A DNA stretch of 63,899 bases, counting the filler, from Vannella sp. (lineage: Eukaryota): the NCBI GenBank assembly GCA_023345925.1. It is 8 parts of 8 records of this genome, joined end to end, with 100 filler letters (N's around TTAATTAATTAA, not from the genome) between each part and the next. Parts side by side here need not be neighbours in the genome. Positions count along the whole stretch, not along the records: positions 18,218 to 27,234 come from JAJQQN010000983.1; positions 27,335 to 39,387 come from JAJQQN010001077.1; 6 more parts are not named here. One strand, written 5' to 3'. Position 1 is the first letter of the stretch, and each line of letters starts with the position of its first letter. Shown in pieces: positions 25,001 to 34,972 of this stretch. The notes below the pieces were generated by a model. It did no database searches. It saw nothing but the letters and a program-made list of their open reading frames with translations, and was not told where the DNA came from. Made by a program: the position numbers and the translations under genes.

Positions 25001-25986
25001 CGGAGCTGCATGGACTTGGTGATCATTGAGCTGTCTCCGTACTGTAAGAAGGAGAGAGAAAACCGCACGAACTGCGTTCTCACGTCCCGCTGGAAGTCGT
25101 CAGACTCCTTCTCGGTCTGATCTTCTCGTTCTTTGCCACGCCGGTTCGCCAGCAAGGTGTAAGGCTTGAATGAGAAGTTGAAGTGTTGCAGTAGGAATAG
25201 AGCTACAGATCCTGCACTGCGCGAGCAGCTCGACAGAAGCTGCAAAGCGCATCGGCAGACAACAATGTTGTCATATCCTCCTGTAAACCGCCCTGTTTGG
25301 GCGGAGAAGGTACTACTGAAGCCTGTATAGATCCACTTGATCTTATCCTTGGTAACAGTACGGCAGATGGAGCTGCTGGACTTGCGTGTGGTGAAGAAGA
25401 CGTTCGCGTCGAGAATAAGAGCTAAGATCTCCATCACACGAGCGCACATTCGCTTGTTGTGCTTCTGATAAGCTTGATCCCACATCGAGAAGATCTCTGC
25501 GCAACTAGGAGAGAGCGAGAGGTAACGGAAGAGGATCGAAGCGTTCTGAATGCTTTGCCTCTCCGCCTGTCCATCCTTCCCAGCTGGAGGGGTCTCGTAG
25601 CGATCCCGAGATCTGATGGAGTGACGGCATCCTTTCTCGATCTCTGATAGTGCTGCGAACTGCTTGCGCAGCTCCTCCGAGTTCAAGTTGGCGAAGAGTT
25701 CTTCCATCCGCTCTGCGATCGTCCTACGAGGGCGAACAGGTCTCTCTCCTTTATCAGAACCCTCTTGAACGTCTTCTTCTCCACTCTCGCCCTCCATATC
25801 ACTCTCCACCTCATGATCAGAGAACTCTTCACCAAATGGCAAGACCGTCTCCTCCACCACCTTCATCTCCTTCACCTCGTCAGCCTCCTTGGTGTATGCC
25901 TCGATACCAGACGTAGTGGTCTTCGGTCGCTTCGCATTCAACACCCGCCCACGGGGAACGGGCCGTTTGCCCCGCGAGGACACCAT
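19066..25986 (-). CDS. URB1: Nucleolar pre-ribosomal-associated protein 1 (Urb1/Npa1)
   Basis: 2306-aa intronless helical-repeat protein. DVRTQFVRFSLSFL...VFHELAND (Npa1 N-terminal), YHATLHPADQ and YDPRFVLP...LAALSS...P.H.MY..VNKFLL.RP..DDIPMF (NopRA1-like C-terminal). Confidence 0.82.
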   Translation of the reverse strand: MVSSRGKRPVPRGRVLNAKRPKTTTSGIEAYTKEADEVKEMKVVEETVLPFGEEFSDHEVESDMEGESGEEDVQEGSDKGERPVRPRRTIAERMEELFANLNSEELRKQFAALSEIEKGCRHSIRSRDRYETPPAGKDGQAERQSIQNASILFRYLSLSPSCAEIFSMWDQAYQKHNKRMCARVMEILALILDANVFFTTRKSSSSICRTVTKDKIKWIYTGFSSTFSAQTGRFTGGYDNIVVCRCALQLLSSCSRSAGSVALFLLQHFNFSFKPYTLLANRRGKEREDQTEKESDDFQRDVRTQFVRFSLSFLQYGDSSMITKSMQLRFILPAVFHELANDAVPLIIEFVHALDVWILRNPSVNRKAKAAFFSGYFLDQMAVIYRDRASESEELSGLLEPFLETLCCSPTCGIVYNDPMWYAGDSGETVVRNKALLRFIGSLKPTSSDAHQQLTLKILSAAPDITEAFLSKISLSYEPRESVKWTENIRFLEQVMALPPPVLKATSGKRDVLPVHHQALLHNIVPNVLSRSLLSHGLQHESVLVRFQSSQVLLTIFSKLSSVIRQCKQQLASQNSGWNVLADRLLQEARKLLPDIQVVISLHKQAFDEVGNLPEADDTRSPTVMLFERSLRLIKCYHESFPGILSSANFDILKLVTKDFHSQPRSVQSHIVALLRDVTLKWTSQVPGSSLSYLGLLMDNWLRSENVELKTKIHGLLHFLLPSMEFFGGNKEQQQVEMECYLSSLTLDSVPILDRILADCARRRYELVDTRAAIIETLQLYERGQQEDLETQISLLTCSSIRWYYKVNAASSDEAVEAQYFLVSVWKALLCSLSLPPLSLAIAIHSIEVSIQADSDAMETDSEAADLVLLKAKANDVLVSRFLMYLTNLLSQSACRTAPGVTEFVSQRICAEEEEPAQLVTLKELSNLLQPLKEALTPLMIRNRVQKVSNVERIAAIVKLRPLCAMMSAKDYYMIFLHDLQLLPLPADLLKALPSSHQDQTNLWAEVASIYSLNSLLAIQSQLPTNKLAQSSSVLSQGQPGECSAAARQIVLLVRCAQRIQSMSAKEKVQTEASERLLSLIQLFSQVLLLAGPVKAEKEHIASVSQVSTHMISELFLGQSSHSVFFPSLTKSNPLSIALAELILETIRRLVAAVSLTGETIRELWKPVMSFYALQINQLVQNSKEANQKAGTEKYISLLVEIMKLGYPLCDESLVRSMTQGLLHAIASPQIQIRPCLSLCILLLRQYTAKAYLPPKHKFRDLFALSPAAFSSASPVMTDETVPKEQGLMFLPLSSFQELIQVCQNSEKRSSLPEEILLEVLILFLVPPADFVFRNNVSILTQLTSADAKRMFQVWSSSGTPLRSSILSILVAFSPAFQGHWEETLRALPPLKQVPGGNVCSWMAKNVNVLRVVQGYVVKHLSQPHALDPLILQRLRDHYEVPLLASLRFAADLAPLSASDEEVAVVEASESIAVPLLSALLELSIRSKSQSGVVIEKQFKELLSKRKGPLYPAALRLVEQMMNANISESQKPPSDVPFASKFIFYCLTCTTTWTSRLSVTPSVSALLQKERIEDYLLSVLQTIQRRIEWASFPSESEEKSRSRTVLLAFTRSILKWNFSSPLVLDTLRRLLFAFTRQSAPTSSEESGDESDSSEEGVSQSRVASVDEEISELCVSLHDMLSSHSGFLPLLFSGESSQNAPDQLLEDDAVEEVDNATQSYYSGPLSKYCLVSLMALVYALAPSSVCTKELLTIYASAYHATLHPADQQLLKIFGYFERATISMCSIGYAWGPAQRRMVAASDTVQLQTIALLVGDGDLLKYRPLVNSALDFFSPSGDMNSELVLPSKFVSLSEELQTAPALHRWANYDPRFVLPFLAQAVELFDLDCRRLIESGIISFVLAALSSKFPRIRQWAFFVLQHFFDKLKDARFVEKMEVSALFHVLKNSITSTNQCLPAAVSVFFSRAVLVLLHPDHYMYRGVNKFLLHRPTITLDDIPMFFDLMYSASADNHYQKRTWELDTLKHSLHRPQDFKLFRRRHVVGILMAMFDSVSSDASMRRSIVGIIRSACALPRVSSDLIYHDNLISWMQLHVEAFPFEMFDLVSSLFESSLDIKSPNTLNQLIHLFQVYLRVTSDSEPCSSFFVSLKKLCQAIIDSKGSVPLDFGESLFLKLSQMPMVAGLVESMENFNALMLTMILQQSAPSLLLIDAAFYFLRRSCEQGNYSLPGVPSCNIEWECKWEADCQLHQVEVQRSENALVDLEHFISWLAEACHAPAISLYVRTTYPDRVAYLQAIHPHRTLQIALQNDE

Positions 25987-26042
25987 AAAAGTGACTCTGG
26001 GAAAGACAAGCGCGCTATTAATACATGTTCAAGAGCTGCCAC

Positions 26043-27234
26043 TCAGAGCACGGTGGAGCTGGAAGTACGAGAGATGGGAGGGATGGCTGGAGGAGAGAAG
26101 AAGTTGGCAGCAGTGGATTGCGCTCGTTTGATGCCAACGGAAGGGCTCTTTGGGGGGACGATTGGCGCCTCACTGGGGCGAGCAGTGTTGGAGGGTGCAC
26201 TAGAGGGTGCGCTTGATGGTACATTGGAGCGGGTGGCTAGTAGGTGTGAGTGGAGAGTGGAAGTGGAAGAGGAGCCTACCAGAGAGTAGCTGGAGCTTGA
26301 GGATGTTCATCTCCGCGCGGATGTTAGCCATCTCGTGCTGTAGGAAGCGCTCTTTCTTTTGGGAGGCGGAGAGTAAGGTGCTCATGGAGGAGACCACATC
26401 TCCAAGTCTTTTGACCTCTGCTCGCAAGTCGCCATCGCTTTGGTGGGTCTCTCCTTCGGAGATGGTCGATGAGCGAGGAACTTTAAAGGTTGGAGAGGAG
26501 ATTTCATAGATGCCAGAGGATCTCAAAGACTGCGCTGGCGGTCCTTTCTCTCCCTCTTTCTTGGTTCTCTCTTTAGGGAGGGTTGACCGTTGCGGAGTTG
26601 TGCTCTTCCTTTTGTCCTTGCTCATTTGTGGGGCTTTGTCTTTGCTGGGAGAGGATGGTGGACTCGGTGGAGGCTGTTGCACTACGTCATTACTTAGCGC
26701 AGGAGAGCTGGGAGGTTGTGTCGCGCTTCGGTCAAGACCACCTCTCTGTTTCTTTGGAGGAGGAAGGAGCCGTACTTCAGGCTCTGTGGATGTTCGCTTA
26801 AGCCCTACCAGCTTTTCAGAGGCTCGATTATTAATCTCTTCGAGGAGCTCCCTCTTGAGTTCGGCCACGAACTCTGGCGGGATGAGAGGTACAGATGCCA
26901 TCCTGCTAGCTATTTCGTGCTGAGGAGTAGGCTCGATCCTGAAGGTCCCTTTGCTGACATCCCGGAAATCTTTGCTGAGATTGTCAGGTGAGAAGAGGTG
27001 TGGTAGGCAGCGAGTGATCCAGTGAAGAGCGATTCTCTTTACGAATGAACTTTTCTCTTCACTGCCGGTTTGCGCCACGATCTTCTCCAGTACGAGTCCT
27101 CTCGGAGTGCCTGGGTGGGGACTATCCGGTATCACATCATACATAACCCACAACCCCTTTGATCATCATGATCAGCTCAACGCTTAAGCAAGTGACCACC
27201 ACTTACTTTCCACACCAACTCGACAGGAACGACC
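26043..27234 (-). CDS. Hypothetical, probably nuclear, protein (low complexity + short coiled coil), 5' truncated
   Basis: 317-aa frame with an NLS-like PPPKKQR. An inferred intron at ~26238-26279 extends it to a TGA at 26043. Confidence 0.6.
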
Positions 27235-27334
27235 NNNNNNNNNNNNNNNNNNNNNNNNNNNNNNNNNNNNNNNNNNNNTTAATTAATTAANNNNNNNNNN
27301 NNNNNNNNNNNNNNNNNNNNNNNNNNNNNNNNNN
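27235..27334. other. Artificial contig linker
   Basis: Same spacer. Confidence 0.98.
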
Positions 27335-28411
27335 GCCATCCTCAAAAGCCGCTGTGAGAGAGGAAGCTTTGAAAAGGCAGAGACCTTGTTAGAAGAGATG
27401 ATTGAACGAGGCATTCCTCCTGATCCCCAAACTTTTGTGACGCTTCTTCACTATCTTGGTAAAAGCAGGAAGCTCCCTCAAGCTTTGAAGGTATACGAGC
27501 GAGCAAAGTCATTGAAACTCCCTCTGTCAGAGATCCTTCAAAGCATTCTGGTCCACGCTATTGCCGGAAAAGAGTCTCTTTTGATTGGCAGGTTGCTCAA
27601 GGATCTTTCCCTCGTGGACCAATCCCTGTTCCGGTTGGACACCTTTAACAAACTGTTGGAATACTTTGTGGGCTCCCAACAACACAAACTAGCCGAGGCT
27701 CTGCTCCAACAGATGAAAGTCTCAAATCAACAGCCAGATATTGTGTCCTACAACATCCTACTCACTAATGCTATCAGCAAGAAGGACGAGAAGAGGATCG
27801 GTGCCATACTACTGGAGATGAAGGCAAGAAAGGTGGCCAAGAACCTTCCATTTTACACGAACCTCCTCGATTTTTATGGTGTACAGCAGGCCAATATGAG
27901 TATGGTGAACCTCATTCGGCAGGAGATACAAGCTCACAAGCTGCCTTTGGACTCTGTTCTTTGTGTGACATTAATCAATTTGTACGCGCGCCAGGGTCAA
28001 TTCAATGTGGTTCAGGGAGTATTCAAAGACTACTCCAAGTCGAGTGGTGGAAAGATGAATAGCTATGTCCTCAACGCCATGTTGACCAGTTTTCGTCGAG
28101 CAAAGACTGTCGCCCCAGCGATTGCCATGTACAACGACTTTCTACGTTCTGGGACTGAGAAGCCCACAGTCGTGACCTTTAACATCCTCATTCAGATCTA
28201 CGGAGACCAAAAAGCGCTCTCCACAGCACTAGAATACTACCAGAAAGCCAAGGACATGGGCGCGAACATAGGAACCTTCCACGCTGCAATCCAAGCAGCC
28301 TGCTTTTCTGGAAACAGAAAGGCAGCCACTCACATCCTCCAAGAGATGAGAAATGCTGGCTTCCAACCCAATCCCGGCATCCAGCGCCTCATAGAAGCGC
28401 ACCAACTCTAA
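27335..28411 (+). CDS. Pentatricopeptide repeat (PPR) protein, 5' truncated
   Basis: ~35-aa repeats: EMIERGIPPDPQTFVTLL, QPDIVSYNILL, KPTVVTFNILIQIYG, EMRNAGFQPN. Confidence 0.88.
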   Translation, partial: AILKSRCERGSFEKAETLLEEMIERGIPPDPQTFVTLLHYLGKSRKLPQALKVYERAKSLKLPLSEILQSILVHAIAGKESLLIGRLLKDLSLVDQSLFRLDTFNKLLEYFVGSQQHKLAEALLQQMKVSNQQPDIVSYNILLTNAISKKDEKRIGAILLEMKARKVAKNLPFYTNLLDFYGVQQANMSMVNLIRQEIQAHKLPLDSVLCVTLINLYARQGQFNVVQGVFKDYSKSSGGKMNSYVLNAMLTSFRRAKTVAPAIAMYNDFLRSGTEKPTVVTFNILIQIYGDQKALSTALEYYQKAKDMGANIGTFHAAIQAACFSGNRKAATHILQEMRNAGFQPNPGIQRLIEAHQL

Positions 28412-28556
28412 AAGTGCCACTCCATTCCAATCCAATCCAAAAATACAGTCTCATTCCAACTCTGCTGGCCTCGTAACTCCGTCCATTTGTTCCATTCCAT
28501 ATTAAAGTTTGAGGCTAAGTCAGGCAACGCTCGTGTCTGTCGGAGTAAGAGACTGT

Positions 28557-29460
28557 CTAGTATCCTTCGCGGGGGTGAGCATTGGTCGCTTTGTCGACTC
28601 GAGGGGGCGTACTTCTTGGTGGAGAGCGCTCTTGGCGAGGGAAACGATCCTGAGGAGGGTAGTGGCTATCCTCTTGACGGTAAGATCCCATGGATGGAGG
28701 TGCCCGAGCCGCACGCGAAGGGTGGACGGCAGGATATCGATCGCCCCCAGCATCATACACGGGCGACCTTGAGGCCCTGATAGGGGCTTCACGCGGGTCC
28801 CTGTACTCTCGGGGAGGTGATCGAGAAGATCGGCGAGGGGCTGGAGCATAGCGGGGGTCTTCCCTTACCGGGCTTCGGCGTCTTGGAGGAGAATAGGGAC
28901 GCCTACCGCGGTCCTCGCGAGGAGGAGATTGTGGTGGATAACGCCTTTCATCTCTTCCGTAGTCTCTGCGAGGAGATCGGTCTCGGCGACCGAAGCTGCG
29001 GTCAGGGGAGCGACGATAAGGGTCGTACCTTCACATGCACCAATGAGGAGACGCAATAAATACCCCAAAAGGCGACCATACCTTGCACCATCATCACGAG
29101 GTCTGTCTCGAGGCGTTACAGCCTTGCGGGCGAGTCCTTGATCATAGTCGAGGCGCAAAGTTCGCCCTCCGACATCAGCTCCTTGAAGGGCCTTAAACGC
29201 AGCGATTGCGTCATCCAGCTCGTTAAACTCCACAAAACCGTGCCCCTTAGGACGTCCAGTCTGCCGGTCCATGCCCACCGTGACGCTCTTTAGTTCTCCG
29301 TGAGCGCGGAACAAATCACGGAGGTCCTCCTCGCGGTACTCGAAAGGGAAGTTGCCTACGAACAAATTGGTGGTTGGTTCCTTCTCAGTATCCCTTCCAT
29401 AGGTGCGAGACTGCTGTGAACTTGTCAGCAACGCTTTTGACCCCTCTCCTTCCTCACCAT
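28557..29460 (-). CDS. RRM + RS/SP-rich splicing-factor-like protein
   Basis: RNP2 LFVGNF and RNP1 KGHGFVEF. An intron at ~29029-29081 shifts into an RSP-rich tail. The first exon appears to end right after the ATG. Confidence 0.86.
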
Positions 29461-29672
29461 CGCCAGGCCGTTGGGAAAATGTCTGTTTCTCCAATGAATC
29501 AGGCAATTATTCCGCCACTCTGGTTTTATTCATCAGCAACAACATAGAAAGTATTTTTAGCTTACCAATTGACCAGGACCAGACCTGATTTGGAAGTGTT
29601 TCAAGGAACGCCTTCAAATTCAACGAAGCCAGTCTGGAATAGGAAAAGGGAAAAACGACCATTTTTCTGTTG

Positions 29673-31520
29673 ATGTCCAGGACTCGCGCGCCCTCTGTAG
29701 CACCGTTGTTCAAGCAACCAAAGGTATCGAAAAGGGAACAGGAGGCTCAGGAGATCGTCTTCGGCTCGATATTGCGATTCCACGCGCAACTGGTTCTTGC
29801 AAAGCGGCGTACGGCTTGATCATCGTATCAGGAGAGAGGGAGTCTTATTGAGCTGCTACAGAGAAGATGGCAAAGAAGAAAGCAAACATCGCTCGCGAGC
29901 TTCTCGAGACAGAGCGCCTTTATACCGCCAATCTCCGTATCTTGTACTTTGTAAGGCCCTCTCCTTGATCGTACTGCAAATGATAGCTCATAGAGATGAT
30001 ACACACTTGATAGACCTTCTTAGAGCCACTCTGCACCGATCCCCGTGCTGTAAAGATCCTCTCAAAGGAGACCGAACTCAACAGTAGTCTCCAACAGCTC
30101 TCAGCAACGATCACGATCATCTCAAGCTATCACCTTATCCTTCTTGCACAGCTTGAAGAGCACGTTGGCCAGTGGAACAACCAAAGCCGCCTAGGTCGCA
30201 TCTTTGCAGAGATGGTAAGACTCACTGGGGACCAGGAGCCTCCCCTTTGTAACATTCATTCAGTCAAGCTATCTCAAGTCCTATACGCAGTACGTCAGCT
30301 TCTATCAGCCTCTTGTTCGCCACCTGCAAGCCAACCGAAGTAGGGAGGAGGGCGTTTCGGGCAAGGAAATTGACTCTTGGAGCGCTTAGAGAACCAACAG
30401 CTGTCCACTCTTCTCGCTAGTCTGATGACGGATGAATGCCGAGGGAAGGGGATCCGCGACTTTCTGATTATGCCCGTTCAGCGCATTCCCCGTTACAAGA
30501 TGATGCTTTTAGACCTCTTGGACAAGACATGGGTCGAGCATTGTGACTTTGAAGATCTCTCCAAGGCCTCTGGTAGTGTACGCTCATCCTATTCCTCTTC
30601 GAAAGGGTCCCGTCTGACCGTTTCCTCGTTCTCTCAGATCTCAGAGATCTGCGGGCTGGTTGAGTTCATGAGTGACAAAGCCATCCGCTTGGAGAGGAAA
30701 ATGGAAGTGGCCCAGTCCGTTGTTCTCCCCCGCAAGTGGGATTTCACTCTAACGGCCCCTCACCGCAACTTCTTGTGGGAGGATTCCGCCCAAGTCAGTA
30801 TTGTATTGAAGCCCTTTGGCCTCCGAAACGATCTACCGGTGAGGAACACCCATAACGCGGCTGAGCTTTCAATGAACTAACTGATGAAGAGAAGACGGCG
30901 CGGGTTTTTGCCTTCTCTGACCTCCTCCTGATCTGTGAGGAGCGAAACGAGAAGCTCAAAGCGATTGACTTTCTTCATTTTGATGAGGTTTCGGCCAAGC
31001 AACGAATCACATTCAATGGAGACGAAATCTTCATTATCTTCTCCGCTCGGTCGGAGGTGAAGATTATCCCTCAATTGACCTCTTCCAAAGGCCTATTAGA
31101 TCGCTTTAGCTCTACTTTTAGCGCGCACGACCAACAAGAAGCTTCTGGTAGGTTTAGGGAATCCCATCCTTTGGGTGGACTCACTTACACCCTTTAGATG
31201 ATGCAGTGGATGCTGGCAGCCCCAATACAGATAGAAGGACAGTCCGGATACGCAGATTGAAGTCGGCAGGAAGCCCTGCTGATGGAGAAATTGACCCGGC
31301 ATTAGAGCGCGCTTCTTCGGCTCGAGGAGCTATTGCGAGGAACTTGCCGAAATGGTCACCGCATACAAAACGACACCTTTTACGCCGTTCGGGAGAGGGA
31401 AGCACTTCACCTGGCTTGTTGCGCCATGCCAATTCCTTGGTAAGTCATCTGTCTGACTCGATTTCACGTTTTCTCACTCTCTCATAGATGGACCTTCGAG
31501 GAGACACCACAAAAAGCTAA
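29673..31520 (+). CDS. Dbl-family RhoGEF (DH-PH), multi-exon
   Basis: IARELLETERLY and FLIMPVQRIPRYKMMLLDL. Confidence 0.82.
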
Positions 31521-31950
31521 AAGGAGATTGCAGTTGTCCCGTTCTTCATCTCAATGAGGTCGATTCCATCAAAGAGTCCAAAAAGTGGAAAACTAAAATC
31601 TTTTTGAAGATCACTTTCAGAACTATCTTGGCTAACTGGCGCTCTTCTCGGGGTGTTTCGAGGTCACAGCGGTTCAAGAATATCACTCCCATGCTTGGGC
31701 CTCCCATGGGATCGCTAACACTGTCCGTCTGGATGAGAACGAAAGTGTCTGGACCTGGATCTTCGGGGCGCTTGCCAAGACGAAGGCACGTTAGGCACAC
31801 TCCATTGCAACTAGATGGGTTGGTGAGAACAAAGACCCTTTCTTAGAGTCTCATTCTGTCTCCCGCTGATTCCCTTGTTTCGTGTGAAGGGATCATTCGG
31901 ACTCAAAGGGATCGAATCTATCAAATCAAAGGTGAAAGTGAAGTCGTCAT

Positions 31951-33144
31951 TTAGAGTGTACAGGGATTAGCACCGTAGATGTCTACGAGGGAGTGGAACA
32001 TCGATTCGGTTTCCCGAACCGCTTCGCTGTTCCATTCGTCGTTCAGACCGTCCCCTTTAGAGAAGAGTCTTATGGACCACTCTCCATAATAAGGCTTCTC
32101 TGTCTGCGAGAGAGCGTCTTCTTGGTTACGGTAAGCCAAAGTAAAGGCAATGAGGTAGCGAGTGTCGCCCATCAGATATCCTTCATACTCGACCACCCAC
32201 CAGTAGTTAGGCCGGGATTTGGGGGTCAGATTGGTCTCATCTCCCGGGCGCATCTGACTGAATATATCAGGGAAGTACTGAGAGACTTCGGAGCAAGTGC
32301 TCAACGAAGGCACAAAGTCTCGGAAGGCCAGGCGAGTCTCACGGGAATACTTGTCATCATTCCGGCACTCATGGAAGTCGTGCTCACACTTTTGACTCGA
32401 ATTGAGGAGATAAGCGGTGCCAGGAGCGGAGGGTTTGCTACAGGCAGCCACATGATCCTTCGCATTGGACTTTGACTCCATGTAGAAGGCTCCCACGTCA
32501 TGTCCACCGTAATATTCACGTCCTCGTATCTGTTCATTCACATGGCAGCCCGCCAATCCCAATGTCCACTGCAATCGGCTAGATTCCGAATGGCGAGCTT
32601 CGGAAAGAACAATATACTTGTTCAAGCGGACCACGTTTGCCATCCAATCCGATACCTGCTGATCTCTGTCATCCCAATCTGGCGTATTGATCACAATCTG
32701 ATACTCAGAGGTGTTGCGAATGAGCGGGTCAAAGTAGTTCCCGACACCAGAAGGGACGAAAACGGGCCCAGGGCAAGAGGGAGCAGGATAGTCTTGAGAG
32801 CAAGACGGTGCCGGAGATCGTTGGGGTAAAGCACTCTCAGCCACGACCTGAGTGGATGGTGTCGCCAGAGGAGTGCGAGTCGAACTCAACGAAGGGGAGT
32901 GGGAGGAAGCATGACTGTCATGCTGACGTCCTTCAGAAACAAACACAGACAACGTAGCCACAGTCGCAATCAGCATGCCTATCAAAAGCACACCAAAAAG
33001 GCAACCAAGCACCAACAGGATCATCCAAAACCGCTTCAAAGTCCAACAAGACCGCTCCCCGGGATACACATTCACCTCCCCATCATCCAAAACCGTAGGC
33101 GACATGTCCTCCAAAGGCTCTTCCCCTGACCGTAGTTTCACCAT
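31951..33144 (-). CDS. Type II membrane protein with a Ser/Pro stalk and an unassigned lumenal domain
   Basis: Intronless, 397 aa. One hydrophobic helix (FWMILLVLGCLFGVLLIGMLIATVATLSVFV) followed by a Cys-containing globular domain. Confidence 0.75.
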   Translation of the reverse strand: MVKLRSGEEPLEDMSPTVLDDGEVNVYPGERSCWTLKRFWMILLVLGCLFGVLLIGMLIATVATLSVFVSEGRQHDSHASSHSPSLSSTRTPLATPSTQVVAESALPQRSPAPSCSQDYPAPSCPGPVFVPSGVGNYFDPLIRNTSEYQIVINTPDWDDRDQQVSDWMANVVRLNKYIVLSEARHSESSRLQWTLGLAGCHVNEQIRGREYYGGHDVGAFYMESKSNAKDHVAACSKPSAPGTAYLLNSSQKCEHDFHECRNDDKYSRETRLAFRDFVPSLSTCSEVSQYFPDIFSQMRPGDETNLTPKSRPNYWWVVEYEGYLMGDTRYLIAFTLAYRNQEDALSQTEKPYYGEWSIRLFSKGDGLNDEWNSEAVRETESMFHSLVDIYGANPCTL

Positions 33145-33229
33145 GTCTCCCCCAGAAGGCCAAAAAACAATGGCTGGCCTGTTAACTCCGAAAGGCCTTT
33201 ATTCTGACTTTCACTACAACCATGTGATT

Positions 33230-34172
33230 CTAATTAATATTCGGTTTTTGTTGGCCGAGAGCCCATTGGTCCCCGCGCCCTTTGAAGGAGTCCATGGTTC
33301 GGTTGATTCCGATGAAACGGGAGGCCCAGTCCCACATCCAGGTGGGTAGGATGCCGCGCAGAATGTAGACGAAGCCGAGGATGCGGGGTAGGTACACGAC
33401 GGCCTTGTCACGGCGCACAGCGGACATGATTTGGTTGACCACCCACTCGGGATCGAGGATAGGGAGGATGAAGGAGGACTTGACACCGTCAAACATGCCA
33501 GTGTTGATGTAGTAAGGGTTAATACAAGTGGTTTTTACTCCCGTCACTCCCTGCGATCGTCAGAACAAGGAATGGACGACATTCCCTCCAACATACCTCG
33601 TTCTTGAGCTCCATTCGGATTGCCTCATCAAAGCCAGTTGCTGCCCACTTCGATGCACAATAGTCTGCCAAACCAGGGACTCCCGTTGTGCCCGAAGCAG
33701 AGCTAATCGTCACGATATGGCCTACATTCCCGTTAGAAGCTCTCCTTTCTTCGTCGCACGTACCAGAGTTGGCTTCAATCATAGCAGGAAGGAACTTCTT
33801 AGCCAACCACATATGCGCCATGATGTTCACTGCCATCGTCCGCTCAATGAGGACGTCAGGACAAGCAAGGAAGTTCCGTCCCGAGACAATCCCCGCATTG
33901 TTAACGAGGATGTCCACCTTGCCAACGGTCTCTTGAACCTGTTCACCAACAGCATAGATCTCTTCGCGTTGAGAAAGGTCGCACTTGAACACATGAACGA
34001 CAGCGTCCGCCTTTGCCGCAAGAACCAAAGCTTTTGTCTCCTCCAGCATCTCCAATTGGATGTCCCAAAGCACCAAGACCGCTCCAGCCTCTCCAAAGCG
34101 TATAGCCATCAAGCGACCAAGCCCACTGGCAGCGCCAGTGATCAGAGTAACCTTCCCAACGAGGTCCTTCAT
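33230..34172 (-). CDS. Short-chain dehydrogenase/reductase (SDR16C; RDH10/HSD17B11-like)
   Basis: TGAASGLG, VDILVNNAGI, YCASK and CINPYYINTGMF. Two introns. Confidence 0.92.
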
Positions 34173-34236
34173 GAGACCGGTGCGGTAAAGAATGGTCCAG
34201 TTCCGCCGCTCCCGCTTTGGTTGCAAGAAGAGCCGT

Positions 34237-34798
34237 TTATTGCTGTTGCTTGTGAGATTCCAGTACTTGCTGTAGCTTGAGAACCTGCAAGAGGAGTGAG
34301 TGGGGAGAGGGAGAGAGGAAAGGAGGATCTCAGACCTTCTCTTTGGTCTCCCGGGACTTTGCCTCGACGTCTGTTTGGCGCTTCTTGATCCTCTCTCTAA
34401 CGAGATTGATCAGATCTATTCAGTAGTGCTGAGGAGGTCTTACAGCTCGCGGTTGATCAGTTCCAATCGTGTCTCAACGTTGGTGATGGATTCTTTCGTG
34501 TCCTTCTTGACCATGGCAGGGCCTACCAGCTTGTACACCTGAGCATCATCTCCAAGAAGTCTCAGTTCCTGTACATCCAGTCATTACCAGCACCTAAACA
34601 CAACCAAAACAAGCTCCCACCTGCAAAACCATGTCATTCTCGTGCTTCTGGGTAAGAAGCTGCTGGTTCGAGCCCACAAGCTGCTCCAACTCTACCCCGC
34701 CATGTTACTCTCCCTTCCTCCTCCTCATCACCCCACAAACCCTTCTGAACAGAGCGATACTCCTCCGTCGCCTGCTCTAAAGCCTCCGCCACTTGCAT
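34237..34798 (-). CDS. PFDN6: Prefoldin subunit 6, multi-exon
   Basis: Spliced translation MQVAEALEQATEEYRSVQKEL...TQKHENDMVLQEL...AQVYKLVGPAMVK...NVETRLELI. Not present in the ORF track. Confidence 0.85.
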
Positions 34799-34972
34799 CC
34801 CAACAAATGGCTCTAAAATTAGATTTTAATTCATTTATTGCGACCCTTTTTCGTGGCTCATGGACGGGACCGACTCGGAGGACCGTTTTGGGGTATGTTG
34901 GAGTGGGGAGGGAGGGGGAGGGTGATTGTGGGACTAAGAGAGGTGTTGTAGGGAGAGGGAAGGAGACTGACT

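Noticed and set aside
33230..34798. Possible PFDN6-SDR readthrough fusion
   Set aside because: The frames differ across the 64-nt gap and the SDR has its own CCATT motif.
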